Shown here piece after piece: positions 55,101 through 58,661 of a stretch of 58,661 nt of DNA. The notes under the pieces were generated by a model. The model saw only the letters and a list, made by a program, of their open reading frames with translations. It was not told where the DNA came from and did not search any database. Origin of the DNA: an uncultured Christensenella sp. (GTDB taxonomy: Bacteria; Bacillota; Clostridia; Christensenellales; DTU072); assembly GCA_964368255.1 (NCBI GenBank), contig CAYJBW010000002.1, positions 1 to 58,661 of the forward strand. The letters are read 5' to 3'. Position 1 is the first letter of the stretch, and every line of letters begins with the position of its first letter. Position numbers and translations under genes: made by a program.

Positions 55101-55960
55101 AAACTTATTATAGGTTGACACTAAAGAATGCCAGTCTTGACGGTAGTTTGTATAAGGAGCTTGACGAAGAAAACAACTATGTTTATGCTGACCTTATAAA
55201 TGCATTCCACAACTATGCTATCTATATTACCACAGCAGGCGAGTATGAGATATTAGCAGAAGATGATGCGGTAGTAATTGAAAGTGATGAGCAACTACAA
55301 ACAGCTATAAATAACATCAGTGAGAATGATAGCCTAAAATTGTACCTATCCGCTGGAGATTATTCTGCCATTACGCTTAATGTCAATGCTGCAGTAACAA
55401 TAGTCGGTTGTTATGACAATGATAGAAATATACTTACTAAAATAGGCGGCATAACCGTTAACGCAGGCGCGCTCACCGTCAAGATAATTAAGTTTGAAGC
55501 AACTTCAGCGGGTAGTGTTGGTCTAATGATAAATAACAATGCCAATTCTATAGGTATCTATGATTGCGAATTTGACGGGAATAAAAACGAATATGCGGTG
55601 GCGATAAAGACAGGCACTCATTATACGGGCAAAATATATATGGTAGATACCAATATATATTACTATCATAGGGGAGTGGAGCTTGTCAACGGCAATCTAG
55701 AAATGGACAACAGCATTTTTAGCAGCAACTGGGTTGGCGTTTCTATACAGTCAGGTCAAAGCGATTTGCGTATTACTGGTACCAACTTTTCCGATCATAA
55801 TATAGCGATACTTAGCAGTAACACAAATACTACCATACTGTATAACTATTTTGAACTCAATGTTGTAGGAATAAGAATACCTTCAAGTGGCGCCGATGTG
55901 GAAATACTAGCCAACAATACATTCTCTAGTACAAATGCAACCAACATTGACCACAAATAA
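40196..55960 (+). CDS. Giant surface lipoprotein 2 (5,254 aa), unknown function; C-terminal MBG-like modules and parallel beta-helix repeats
   Basis: ACGGAGGAAG SD; the ATG is 18 nt after the giant-1 stop. MFKSKSKLFLLLVLIIVMMTTVLAAC gives a signal peptide plus lipobox, followed by the DDPDDDDNKK linker. The frame is 15.8 kb and uninterrupted. The C-terminal 230 aa show PbH1-like repeats. Confidence 0.9.
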   Translation: MFKSKSKLFLLLVLIIVMMTTVLAACSTAVVDDPDDDDNKKPAATITVNSALDMIYSGLVEGGKALEKAPSKYVETIYTIYTSEINYTITYKAYYAANIPDSLFYVKVFDNEEFVDRAIFYYDSRDLYISSGNSKKVLSDFSSTMMFDVFYTAIKSLDMTENFYGGEVASLFNRNNEKVNLSLLMSVNNIGYVKVAENRDSLEIKDVDLSIITDVIGASMDLYLNDIGDKFDILTQKYLDFRLSRLLESRFRYIFADKINVQLEDNVAKTTSWKASGTMRDASKYFVTADMTYDFETNTITEGSKFVKSKFTEASLGKNEFEGTIFIPAISDQLFDMEVVTDLNSVNNKTNQMTIRILDAQKEEFMGAYYRDEIMYLDISGLYSWVGGTVDLAALRFPKVYFENINLTNLMVAGYNDLLKAVLVLLDKDIGNIEFENEELYSIIMENFTSDDKNNIYYTITEELIQKIRQDDKSVMTMISELLDVDQTKLESYLGEDFFTDARLVISYNLDTGKIGLTFYKGDELIVQCYLVRKDFTTIMFPADTTMQSDAYSKLLLPDVTTLEFEGELRVGNAKSETDLSKFLGTLVGDVSGTNTPQKLKSNERLRISGAISESITTNSLGESVVNNTIKVSVTKITYGIGEPVIKNVFNIYTNIANPNILLIEYFLPVGEYANQSPGGLKYRISKEVLKSAFDELLGENNIFGESSAFGILEMLLSTKNSYSTVSKDNGYINFSIMVDSKSDPLFDLIGVKDTTATIKARIRFVSIDLSSIVAANYSTPNAMPLNNVTVESIYSENSKWKDKVDVYFDGIKVVMKPNYSEESTQIVTGKTTYNPLARLFGAEITYRVEIVNENGTYKIETILSNKIVVDPTFNKNLPIQVAVLYDNGKTGVLKCSITDFNVSNITNAGYNLSGFADVFTPNMISKLKIGQNSIMEKSFEVYVLVNNRSIIAEKSYKETPIVGAIQIDPYSYALKKQLNSNYNPIIDGIQTNGIEIKFNNVYGEETYIDGEEEKVRDLTYDIEGVNKFFLSNLSLQWSYDESLITWRGSKGYAYAYFGDREKGNALKIAIEVSVLAQEIDYVQIDNEEAGKYTIDYLIESSYTLPTQTSEIHSVKVYFKGETGRFRIVSNRPMGISDDVYYNNYLPVQLMWEGAESIRTKIDVNGTATLFGTSNRTKAIFGIIASVGYQNVPLQVVVPERYMSDSEEVTKLVNLVTSYTVDQFGSITSSMASIRISQAKFGEADEAYKSFAINPYDSSAHLPSSIYLWVNKSYDSKSQRIVKNYPVRWKTTNKDGVELNIIKEKGGNFYLANPVTEQRNLVVYGTVGDGNGEIWVVMHITNLASELQSVTYYTDYNYDTYSPDNGLPVELFRENTYYINNQITKIKTKYDVAWTTTNMKGDELGIISLGQDNKYFINVGAVLKNVDLVVYGKASNKLGESFWVMMNILVSELNVQTITYMGLEVSTTEIVVDPYKPYYLPTGFVAVLESGEEITVRNIMWHINNGIDDEWYPAIYSGTNRSMYGNDNKYIFSRHGGIYYARYIIEAGDGIISQELVLEINVLKRTIVPGLIEIYNLEEYNGIKNKPVTGYIDIDYYSAESTRLLDKLNSIKAGSPYNYAGVYFDEAKSEGIFDRFTLTVDWNKSKVGYAGYENSINRLIYMLNHPTPGFEMTLIGTIATGTINEQALAIDFAFSSLEIENISFNRVRRMAEGSSPVLELAQQNSYYQIDFEEMYSAFEGANMLYINIHKVFALTVPNKNNAEKYASPYDYINYLLGSVVLYYKNGNMNNAVPSINYLGITESDFNARVLGLTQQTGTISLTEIKLNKLSQGSAIDEVNVVITAKVDDRITNDIALTAELYNEDSTERYGQDYPLPTFIDVEYLYSGVVRYDVRMWTVGATSRSILATDIASRIPVKYIDTLRSSGTSEGSYYNFYYNLPTEKEDLFLQVYIPKKNINKTFYNADGETTLYNIDNGVINITNPYQYYVAGSEYGLDVSLIPTTISAIITAQNYSSTEINTHYVDWVFKKDVFTESIFRTGINRALFATATLKCYYDITKRTELEQIGQTQAIELYITVQPMDFYGISYQQMPVIEGMDDDSNIKLNTITLDPYNDVMHYNGNLTLPNKGLNVFFNNLGESYTFSDVTFRLVDDTNRPRDIVSAITYDQYGHTLASYAYLTDPGRIKLRMYLPGYSYEEDNYQSGIVIYVVIYRRVVEDVTLPNLATNESGAVSQIALPSLYFIDPYNSATYPLPVVADVKFEESTEFSTQRIVKWEFFDGSDWKNLNDTELFYLQASTAYQNIQYGYFRNTASAYQGGNYLLRGFIRVGEGATGIVGEQSFEVQVIVLNRKLEATYKTTHAFNDPLGGILGDVPNTLAQIMFVDYDKYYIGVIDEQYYYSNWSTPVLPEISWTRYITDDEIASIGGFDRDITGYISNTNANTKYLYNLYNQQVKAEYDLLIKALMWDNYFNSDGNPIVSYSTQAAAELVAMNEELENDVIFATYNLLKNKLNNSTEEEERANGLYLVNGLIILMSEKTGFNPSDYLDRLSVALYEELANEYASWVASGKKENEKNRNIDIYIEWENIYSQFKGKDAVNSAELSEYQKLKVLKYNKLNDPGSNKFSSSDREYNAKLKTKISNDLLIYINKEVYLRLYDRVTDAERARMRSILGMTTERADLISNALQTYISYDWKNLSSYGEIALANISAPAMDFEDIYEIDDVMMTQAITEFLFNIYDSNALDETVLAKFIISYSDYYRPYIEQALSTAWENYRETVKDKSITEYVNRVIRETINTIVPTYVDGNGTIQKVVDFDYISYQPTSATNVLYWDEIYAYKRDNATSHIDVLVGTEEEKWLMIYNAHLINGDTEMAAVMDGILAEIPGSVSDKYSAAIIVYKKYLVELATEDMDYVYGKADQATNSLVVDAISDNSAQYSGLDFSASRSFSSMYDTLADKAFDLFLNSYAEGSDNYNEINNKYLNPSDGFNGDKRFTLHYYLYDPNPLMSMAIRKRAQEIFFYVLQGSAAYDLMYANADKVGLTKARIDSYINVMNVDIITTYNNVFTAEEFATFIKAKYFLQMMKNFSGGENYVKYMQQWYKESLLGVKDNAYKALVTAYTNYDLVNGRTNVAQLNSKKLAANNITLIAFNLLVEMYRERATQKTSFMQEKKQYLDNNIYSFARVIYEELMVSETFGYKNYLTMDDTLTALRKADAVIYYYDNVASNEEKQIIDYELAFNQHNHSIVYDILLNRYDVSESFGEGLINSYFYSILMTMLSSVELDVITNTNVSGAEPQYVYYSNLINNMILAGCEDRTSGSLTGIDRPNLLSIYTKEDYLAYVYQEAITAYTQKINASEIILTKTYYYDIYNLLYSANKEQFDDILTQIYASYVQSGNMGDSEGIKYNAFDILSDNMVAKELHNLFVAIEEIKEELSRATYYDELSLFTIGSDYEDMRNAIYDAFSNGYSSVYETASEEQQAIIDNVINKNLFGQISDIEENLLEIVNIYNDIKLISNEEIQSFIDAIILNWESVSIADYGSNKDKEIISAIVLEIKQNLYEMYDSIDQGRTNFFAIMALISIVGEYKLELEKLDKNLFEREYLTSGDLSGLQSALKSKSVIALEKVLELNELYIAKALVDTRIAEHSYDFVISNNDASPTYEEYEAKIIDRLLKTSSASLLESIQSGGNLTLYSYYNYVYNSVVVGGAPNPNVIGKLPLSYYLTFIDGTNSYSDVSYQKAFDAMSNEREVSLVLFVSDNIERATSTTPLEDRNRHVLKLDKTKLENSQESSQIDSVYVSNSSKVQNNNNFKKDGVVYKFVQMNITYVDYFNNSEESTIEDYTEKNKIIIDPLYPVLPTKVKAYATITENNEIRDVGMVNVSYSLEFYENIYEGGTGQFEITLSDSRGNTNTLIIAVVYLDRKIDKVFTTDAFYGGDRVLPTDVSNATFIGYFNQFSTLENTNILSINPINDNILDTYNKKFILPNTLGVRFSNGDVALYNNVVWDTGALSYSLAEQNVSVRIKSYDVEDAINGLINAVEFNYSGGGSVKISMLNASREVISTKIYENAPSLANWNIKVKTINQSITTLDYYDEDSLKSLGAMEGNYINVASTTMMLNPYDLEYPKTVAINFWDGTTIEVNPAWRLQPGAAGEYKLKDILLGTAQDRMIMAQFSYLGHVISVRFVTEDIEIENVNIELGGYIDGGTLYLVVGAGSAYNQLQKNYAYMYYNFSKVENEQNWQKVPLSFMDVELSRIVTTSPHIYEGENAIVGVLGWDKVNYPDINFSPNIKFDVIVIEPKLYSYFGGDSLNTYVIHDYFSTPYDNNYQKKKDVNEPNTIGNYFVQLGANRELDTYFNIIAEQTIYKVVDKKINFKVAYEMDSTSDKLAFLPAGGKTISFEITLNLTPYLYTAVSNIEFLQTKTEGQTGYFTWTKVPPSSSSYVPAIHWPLGVTLRSSEMPKARDVLSGEIISLMWDLNDVNINLATSEGYKVRGWYYDASSTWKYLDLTIFVDKVDKKTNILNNLGGNYALHNFYNGRYYKLPINITDNTLRFLRSDGTFDYLPSSSYLIEYKLVSQDQEEFSATAYPLNAGEYEIKVRIDDYNMFGEIIFTLKISAVTISGELIVFEGDSETGNTITRVYNGKEHPLLVKEGLPRVSVDKWFSSYNEKDALVSAYSKQGYSDTAAKTRAYNDLYEGVTIATKRYLDNEIANIRRETDITDSALLNATLFDRLVPNLQISEVVYTITYRNSQDEVLSVAPSDVGQYTVLFEIITSNNSGNYIFDTDRLSRIILITKPDITYSVLSDKIVYSGRRQNPLINNLHDADGNLPSGVVVTYNYSYIEGGETKYVTNGVINVGSYRCDILIDGGNNYPSMNIEDKLITVQAKEMHVDIDKISVQYLSDVANIEESVVFSGLVGTDRPRDFGKIITETEVKSYYTLGLYQAGILGFKLNAESEHIYTTFDMGQIFEADGKTYYRLTLKNASLDGSLYKELDEENNYVYADLINAFHNYAIYITTAGEYEILAEDDAVVIESDEQLQTAINNISENDSLKLYLSAGDYSAITLNVNAAVTIVGCYDNDRNILTKIGGITVNAGALTVKIIKFEATSAGSVGLMINNNANSIGIYDCEFDGNKNEYAVAIKTGTHYTGKIYMVDTNIYYYHRGVELVNGNLEMDNSIFSSNWVGVSIQSGQSDLRITGTNFSDHNIAILSSNTNTTILYNYFELNVVGIRIPSSGADVEILANNTFSSTNATNIDHK

Positions 55961-56004
55961 AGGTATAGATGCTTTCCTTACTTGCATTAAGCACTTGAGT
56001 ATAA

Positions 56005-57054
56005 ATGGGTGAAGCAATGAGCCATATTGATGAGATACTACAAAAGATTGAAAGTTACTGCGCAAGGTACGAAACTTTAGCGAAGCTAATTACCGCACCA
56101 GAAATTATTGCGCACAATAGTTATTGGCGAAAACTAGTCAAGGAGCAAAAAAGCCTAGCAGGTATTTATAGCAAAAGGCAAGAGCTAGCTAATAAGATAA
56201 AAGAAAAGCAACTTTGTATTGATATCCTAAAAGGTAGCGCTGAAAGTGAATATGAAGAACTAATAAAGAAAGAAATTGCCTTTATTGAGCAGGATATACA
56301 AAATATTTATCAAGATATTTTGACGCTCATTGCCAAAGAAAAAATTGTTTATAGCGATGGCGCGCTTATTAACTTCAAGGCGAAAGGCGAAGGCGCATAC
56401 AAGTTTTGCAAGATTATTTTTGAAATGTACAAAAGGTTTTGCACGGCAAAAGGTTTTGATTGCCAAGAAAGCATAGTAAATTATCTAGGCGGAATTAAGG
56501 AAGGTGAGCTAAGGATAGTGGGTCAGGATGCATACCACCTGCTTGGTACGGAAAGCGCAATGCATAGGAAAGTGGATACTTTAGCGAAAAAGCAAGCTAA
56601 TGTGCTTGTGGTAGTAGTTCCCTTGCAGATAAAAGAAAGCCCAGAAATCAGCGATAACGACCTAAAAATTGATGTTTTCCACGCCAGTGGAGCAGGCGGA
56701 CAAAATGTTAACAAGGTAGAAACTGCGGTAAGAATAAGGCACCTTCCCACCAATATTGTTGTGACATGTCAGGACGAACGCTCACAATTAAAAAATAAAG
56801 AAAGAGCCTTGCAGATGTTAAGAGACAAGGTACAAGAAAGTTTCCTTGTAGAAGAGGAGAAGCAAAAAGCTACCGCAAGGAAAAATGTAGAAAAAGGAAT
56901 AAAAGTAAACAATATAAGTAGAATATATGACTTTATAAGCAATACATTAACGGACAGCAGGGTATCTTACAGCAAAAAATTGGAAGATGCGCTAAACGGG
57001 AGCCTTGATGACTTAATAAACAATATCAAGATTTTTGCCAGTGAAAAGGATTAG
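56005..57054 (+). CDS. Class-I peptide chain release factor homolog (RF1-like length and GGQ domain) with a degenerate codon-recognition region
   Basis: 349 aa; the alternative start ATG 56017 has a better GGTGA SD. The segment HASGAGGQNVNKVETAVRIRHLPTNIVVTCQDERSQLKNKERA is RF-1 domain-like. HRKVDTLAKKQANVLVVVVP replaces the HRVQRVPxTE..GRIHTS block. NFKAKGEGAYK replaces EIRAGTGGDEA. Confidence 0.8.
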   Translation: MGEAMSHIDEILQKIESYCARYETLAKLITAPEIIAHNSYWRKLVKEQKSLAGIYSKRQELANKIKEKQLCIDILKGSAESEYEELIKKEIAFIEQDIQNIYQDILTLIAKEKIVYSDGALINFKAKGEGAYKFCKIIFEMYKRFCTAKGFDCQESIVNYLGGIKEGELRIVGQDAYHLLGTESAMHRKVDTLAKKQANVLVVVVPLQIKESPEISDNDLKIDVFHASGAGGQNVNKVETAVRIRHLPTNIVVTCQDERSQLKNKERALQMLRDKVQESFLVEEEKQKATARKNVEKGIKVNNISRIYDFISNTLTDSRVSYSKKLEDALNGSLDDLINNIKIFASEKD

Positions 57055-57061
57055 TCAAACT

Positions 57062-58661
57062 ATGGAGTACTTTGTCAGCATAAAAAAAATTGTGCTATCA
57101 AGTGAGTGGATGATTGTAAAAACGGAAAGGTTTGTAAAAGAAACTTCCCGCTTTGATGGTGTTGACAAAGTTATTAGCGCACTGGTAGGGAACTTATGCC
57201 TATCTAACGACAACTTTGCAAAAAGTGTGTTTAAGGTATCCGAAAACATAATTAAAGATACCTATAGAATAGCTATAAACAAAGAGCATTATTTTTATTT
57301 TTGTGTAACTTTGCCCAAAGGCGAGAATTTTAATAAGCAAATAATTTTTTACCGTTACGAAGGTGACGACAAGATTAAGCGCGTCAATGACCAAAGTTTG
57401 ATTGCGCATTTTTTGAAAGACAAAGCGGTTGTATCGGTAGAAAAGGTTAGTGACATAATTTTTGAGAAAGATTTTTTGAAGCTATATAAGCTATCTAATA
57501 ACACCGTGAATTTTCCGCTACTTAGCAGGGAGCAGAAAGATTTAGTTACCATAGAAGACCAAAATGTACTTGTTCAAGGGGTGGCAGGAAGTGGCAAGAC
57601 AAATATTTGTATTGATAAGATTGTCTATGCCGCATGCCGTGGATACACGGGCAAAGTACTTTATACAACCTTTTCCAGGGGACTACTAGTTGACACCAAA
57701 GAAAAAGTAGATGTCTTTATTGACAACCTAAAAAAGTTTTTAACGGACTTTGAGCAAGGAAATATTATTTTTGGGGACAAGCATCACAAAAAAGCTATAG
57801 AAAACTATATCGGTATAAATTTGCCAGTGACAGACGAGAATATTGGTAGCTTAGTGCAAGCCGTAATAGATTATTTAGAAAACAAAGTTGACTATTATTT
57901 GATAGAAGACATTTACAAAAACTATATAAAAAGTGATATAAAAATAGCGGACGAAGGATATTTTACCAAGATTTATATTAACAATATAAAAAATCATCAG
58001 TTGGTAAGTCGTTTGCCAAAGATTCGGCATTTGTCCAGTGAAATTATTTATAAAGAGATTTTTGGACTTATTTATGGCACTGCTACTGATACTGGCATGC
58101 TAGATAAAAATGACTACTTGAGCCTGAGAAAGGGTAGTTTTAGTTACCAAGAAGGGGAAATAATCTATCAGCTCGCCAAAGATTATGGCGATTTTTTGGT
58201 AAGGAAAGGGCTAGTTGATAACAATCTTATGAGCAAACAAATGCTTAGCAGGATTGATAAGATAGATAAATATTCGTTAGCGATTTTGGACGAAGTGCAG
58301 GATTTGACGGAAATAAACCTTCAGTTTTTTAAGGCGGTAACCATAAAGCTGTTCTGCGTTGGCGATGCTTTGCAGATGATTAACCCTTCATATTTTAGCT
58401 TTGCCTCCCTAAAAAGAATACTCTATGTCAAAGATATTGTATCGGTAGCAACACTAAAGCATAACTACCGCAACACAGAAAAAATAGCAAAAATAATTGA
58501 CAAATTGGGAGAAATAAACATTAAACAGTTCGGCACCCATAGTTTTGTGTTAAAAACAGAGTGCGTTGATAGCGAAGTGGCGACATCTGCTGTTTATGTG
58601 AAGGGTAAAGAATTTATCGACGCGCTAAAGGGCGTTGGATACGAAAATTGCACAATAATTG
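57062..58661 (+). CDS. SF1 (UvrD/Rep-like) helicase/ATPase with an unknown N-terminal domain of about 170 aa; 3' end lies beyond the window
   Basis: My own translation. MEYFVSIKKIV...; Walker A VQGVAGSGKTN; Walker B/motif II LAILDEVQDL; motif III-like VGDALQMINP; motif IV-like LKHNYRNT. The frame is open to nt 58661. The ATG is 7 nt after the RF-like stop. Confidence 0.75.
   Translation, partial: MEYFVSIKKIVLSSEWMIVKTERFVKETSRFDGVDKVISALVGNLCLSNDNFAKSVFKVSENIIKDTYRIAINKEHYFYFCVTLPKGENFNKQIIFYRYEGDDKIKRVNDQSLIAHFLKDKAVVSVEKVSDIIFEKDFLKLYKLSNNTVNFPLLSREQKDLVTIEDQNVLVQGVAGSGKTNICIDKIVYAACRGYTGKVLYTTFSRGLLVDTKEKVDVFIDNLKKFLTDFEQGNIIFGDKHHKKAIENYIGINLPVTDENIGSLVQAVIDYLENKVDYYLIEDIYKNYIKSDIKIADEGYFTKIYINNIKNHQLVSRLPKIRHLSSEIIYKEIFGLIYGTATDTGMLDKNDYLSLRKGSFSYQEGEIIYQLAKDYGDFLVRKGLVDNNLMSKQMLSRIDKIDKYSLAILDEVQDLTEINLQFFKAVTIKLFCVGDALQMINPSYFSFASLKRILYVKDIVSVATLKHNYRNTEKIAKIIDKLGEINIKQFGTHSFVLKTECVDSEVATSAVYVKGKEFIDALKGVGYENCTII

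Noticed and set aside
28742-55960. Sortase (LPXTG), SLH, choline-binding or C-terminal TM anchoring of the giant proteins, and HExxH-type protease motifs
   Set aside because: Reading the C-terminal regions and scanning by eye found none of these. The only anchoring signal is the N-terminal lipobox. An eye scan can miss degenerate motifs.
56005-57054. Possibility that the degenerate release factor signals an alternative genetic code (stop-codon reassignment)
   Set aside because: All three stop codons end conserved genes at normal lengths. TAA ends serS and truA. TAG ends ecfA1, ecfA2 and the class-III aminotransferase. TGA ends ecfT and VanW. Housekeeping ORFs are intact under the standard code.
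1-58661. CRISPR arrays, transposases, integrases, prophage genes and rRNA
   Set aside because: I saw no regularly spaced direct repeats and no DDE, tyrosine-recombinase or serine-recombinase-like ORFs. The only tandem repeat is the 24-nt coding duplication at 18571-18618.

Overview
AT-rich chromosomal segment, probably Bacillota/Clostridia-like. That placement rests on a sigH-type sigma factor next to cysE-cysS, RNase Y, and an ecfA1-ecfA2-ecfT-truA module. TAA, TAG and TGA all end conserved genes at normal lengths, so the standard code applies. The left 26 kb holds housekeeping and accessory genes: a tRNA-like fragment, a flavin reductase-rubredoxin fusion, a PLP aminotransferase, serS, a cysE-cysS-sigH operon, a polyferredoxin, a solitary Mrr-type endonuclease, a GNAT, a Flg_new/transglutaminase lipoprotein, a class-III aminotransferase with two class-II aldolase paralogs, a membrane-tethered 4x DUF1508 protein, VanW and rny. 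The outstanding feature is at 28.6-56 kb. A consensus TTGACT-17-TATAAT promoter drives two adjacent uninterrupted ORFs of about 3,811 and 5,254 codons, 27.2 kb or about 46% of the window. Both start with lipoprotein signal peptides and have collinear homologous N-terminal regions of about 700 aa. Both then carry many degenerate beta modules and a long Pro/Gly-poor, probably helical core. The second ends in MBG-like modules and a parallel beta-helix. With no visible terminator, they are followed by an RF1-like protein that keeps GGQ but lacks the PxT codon-recognition region, and then by a partial SF1 helicase. I saw no CRISPR array, transposase, integrase or rRNA. All function calls come from motif recognition by eye; no searches were run.
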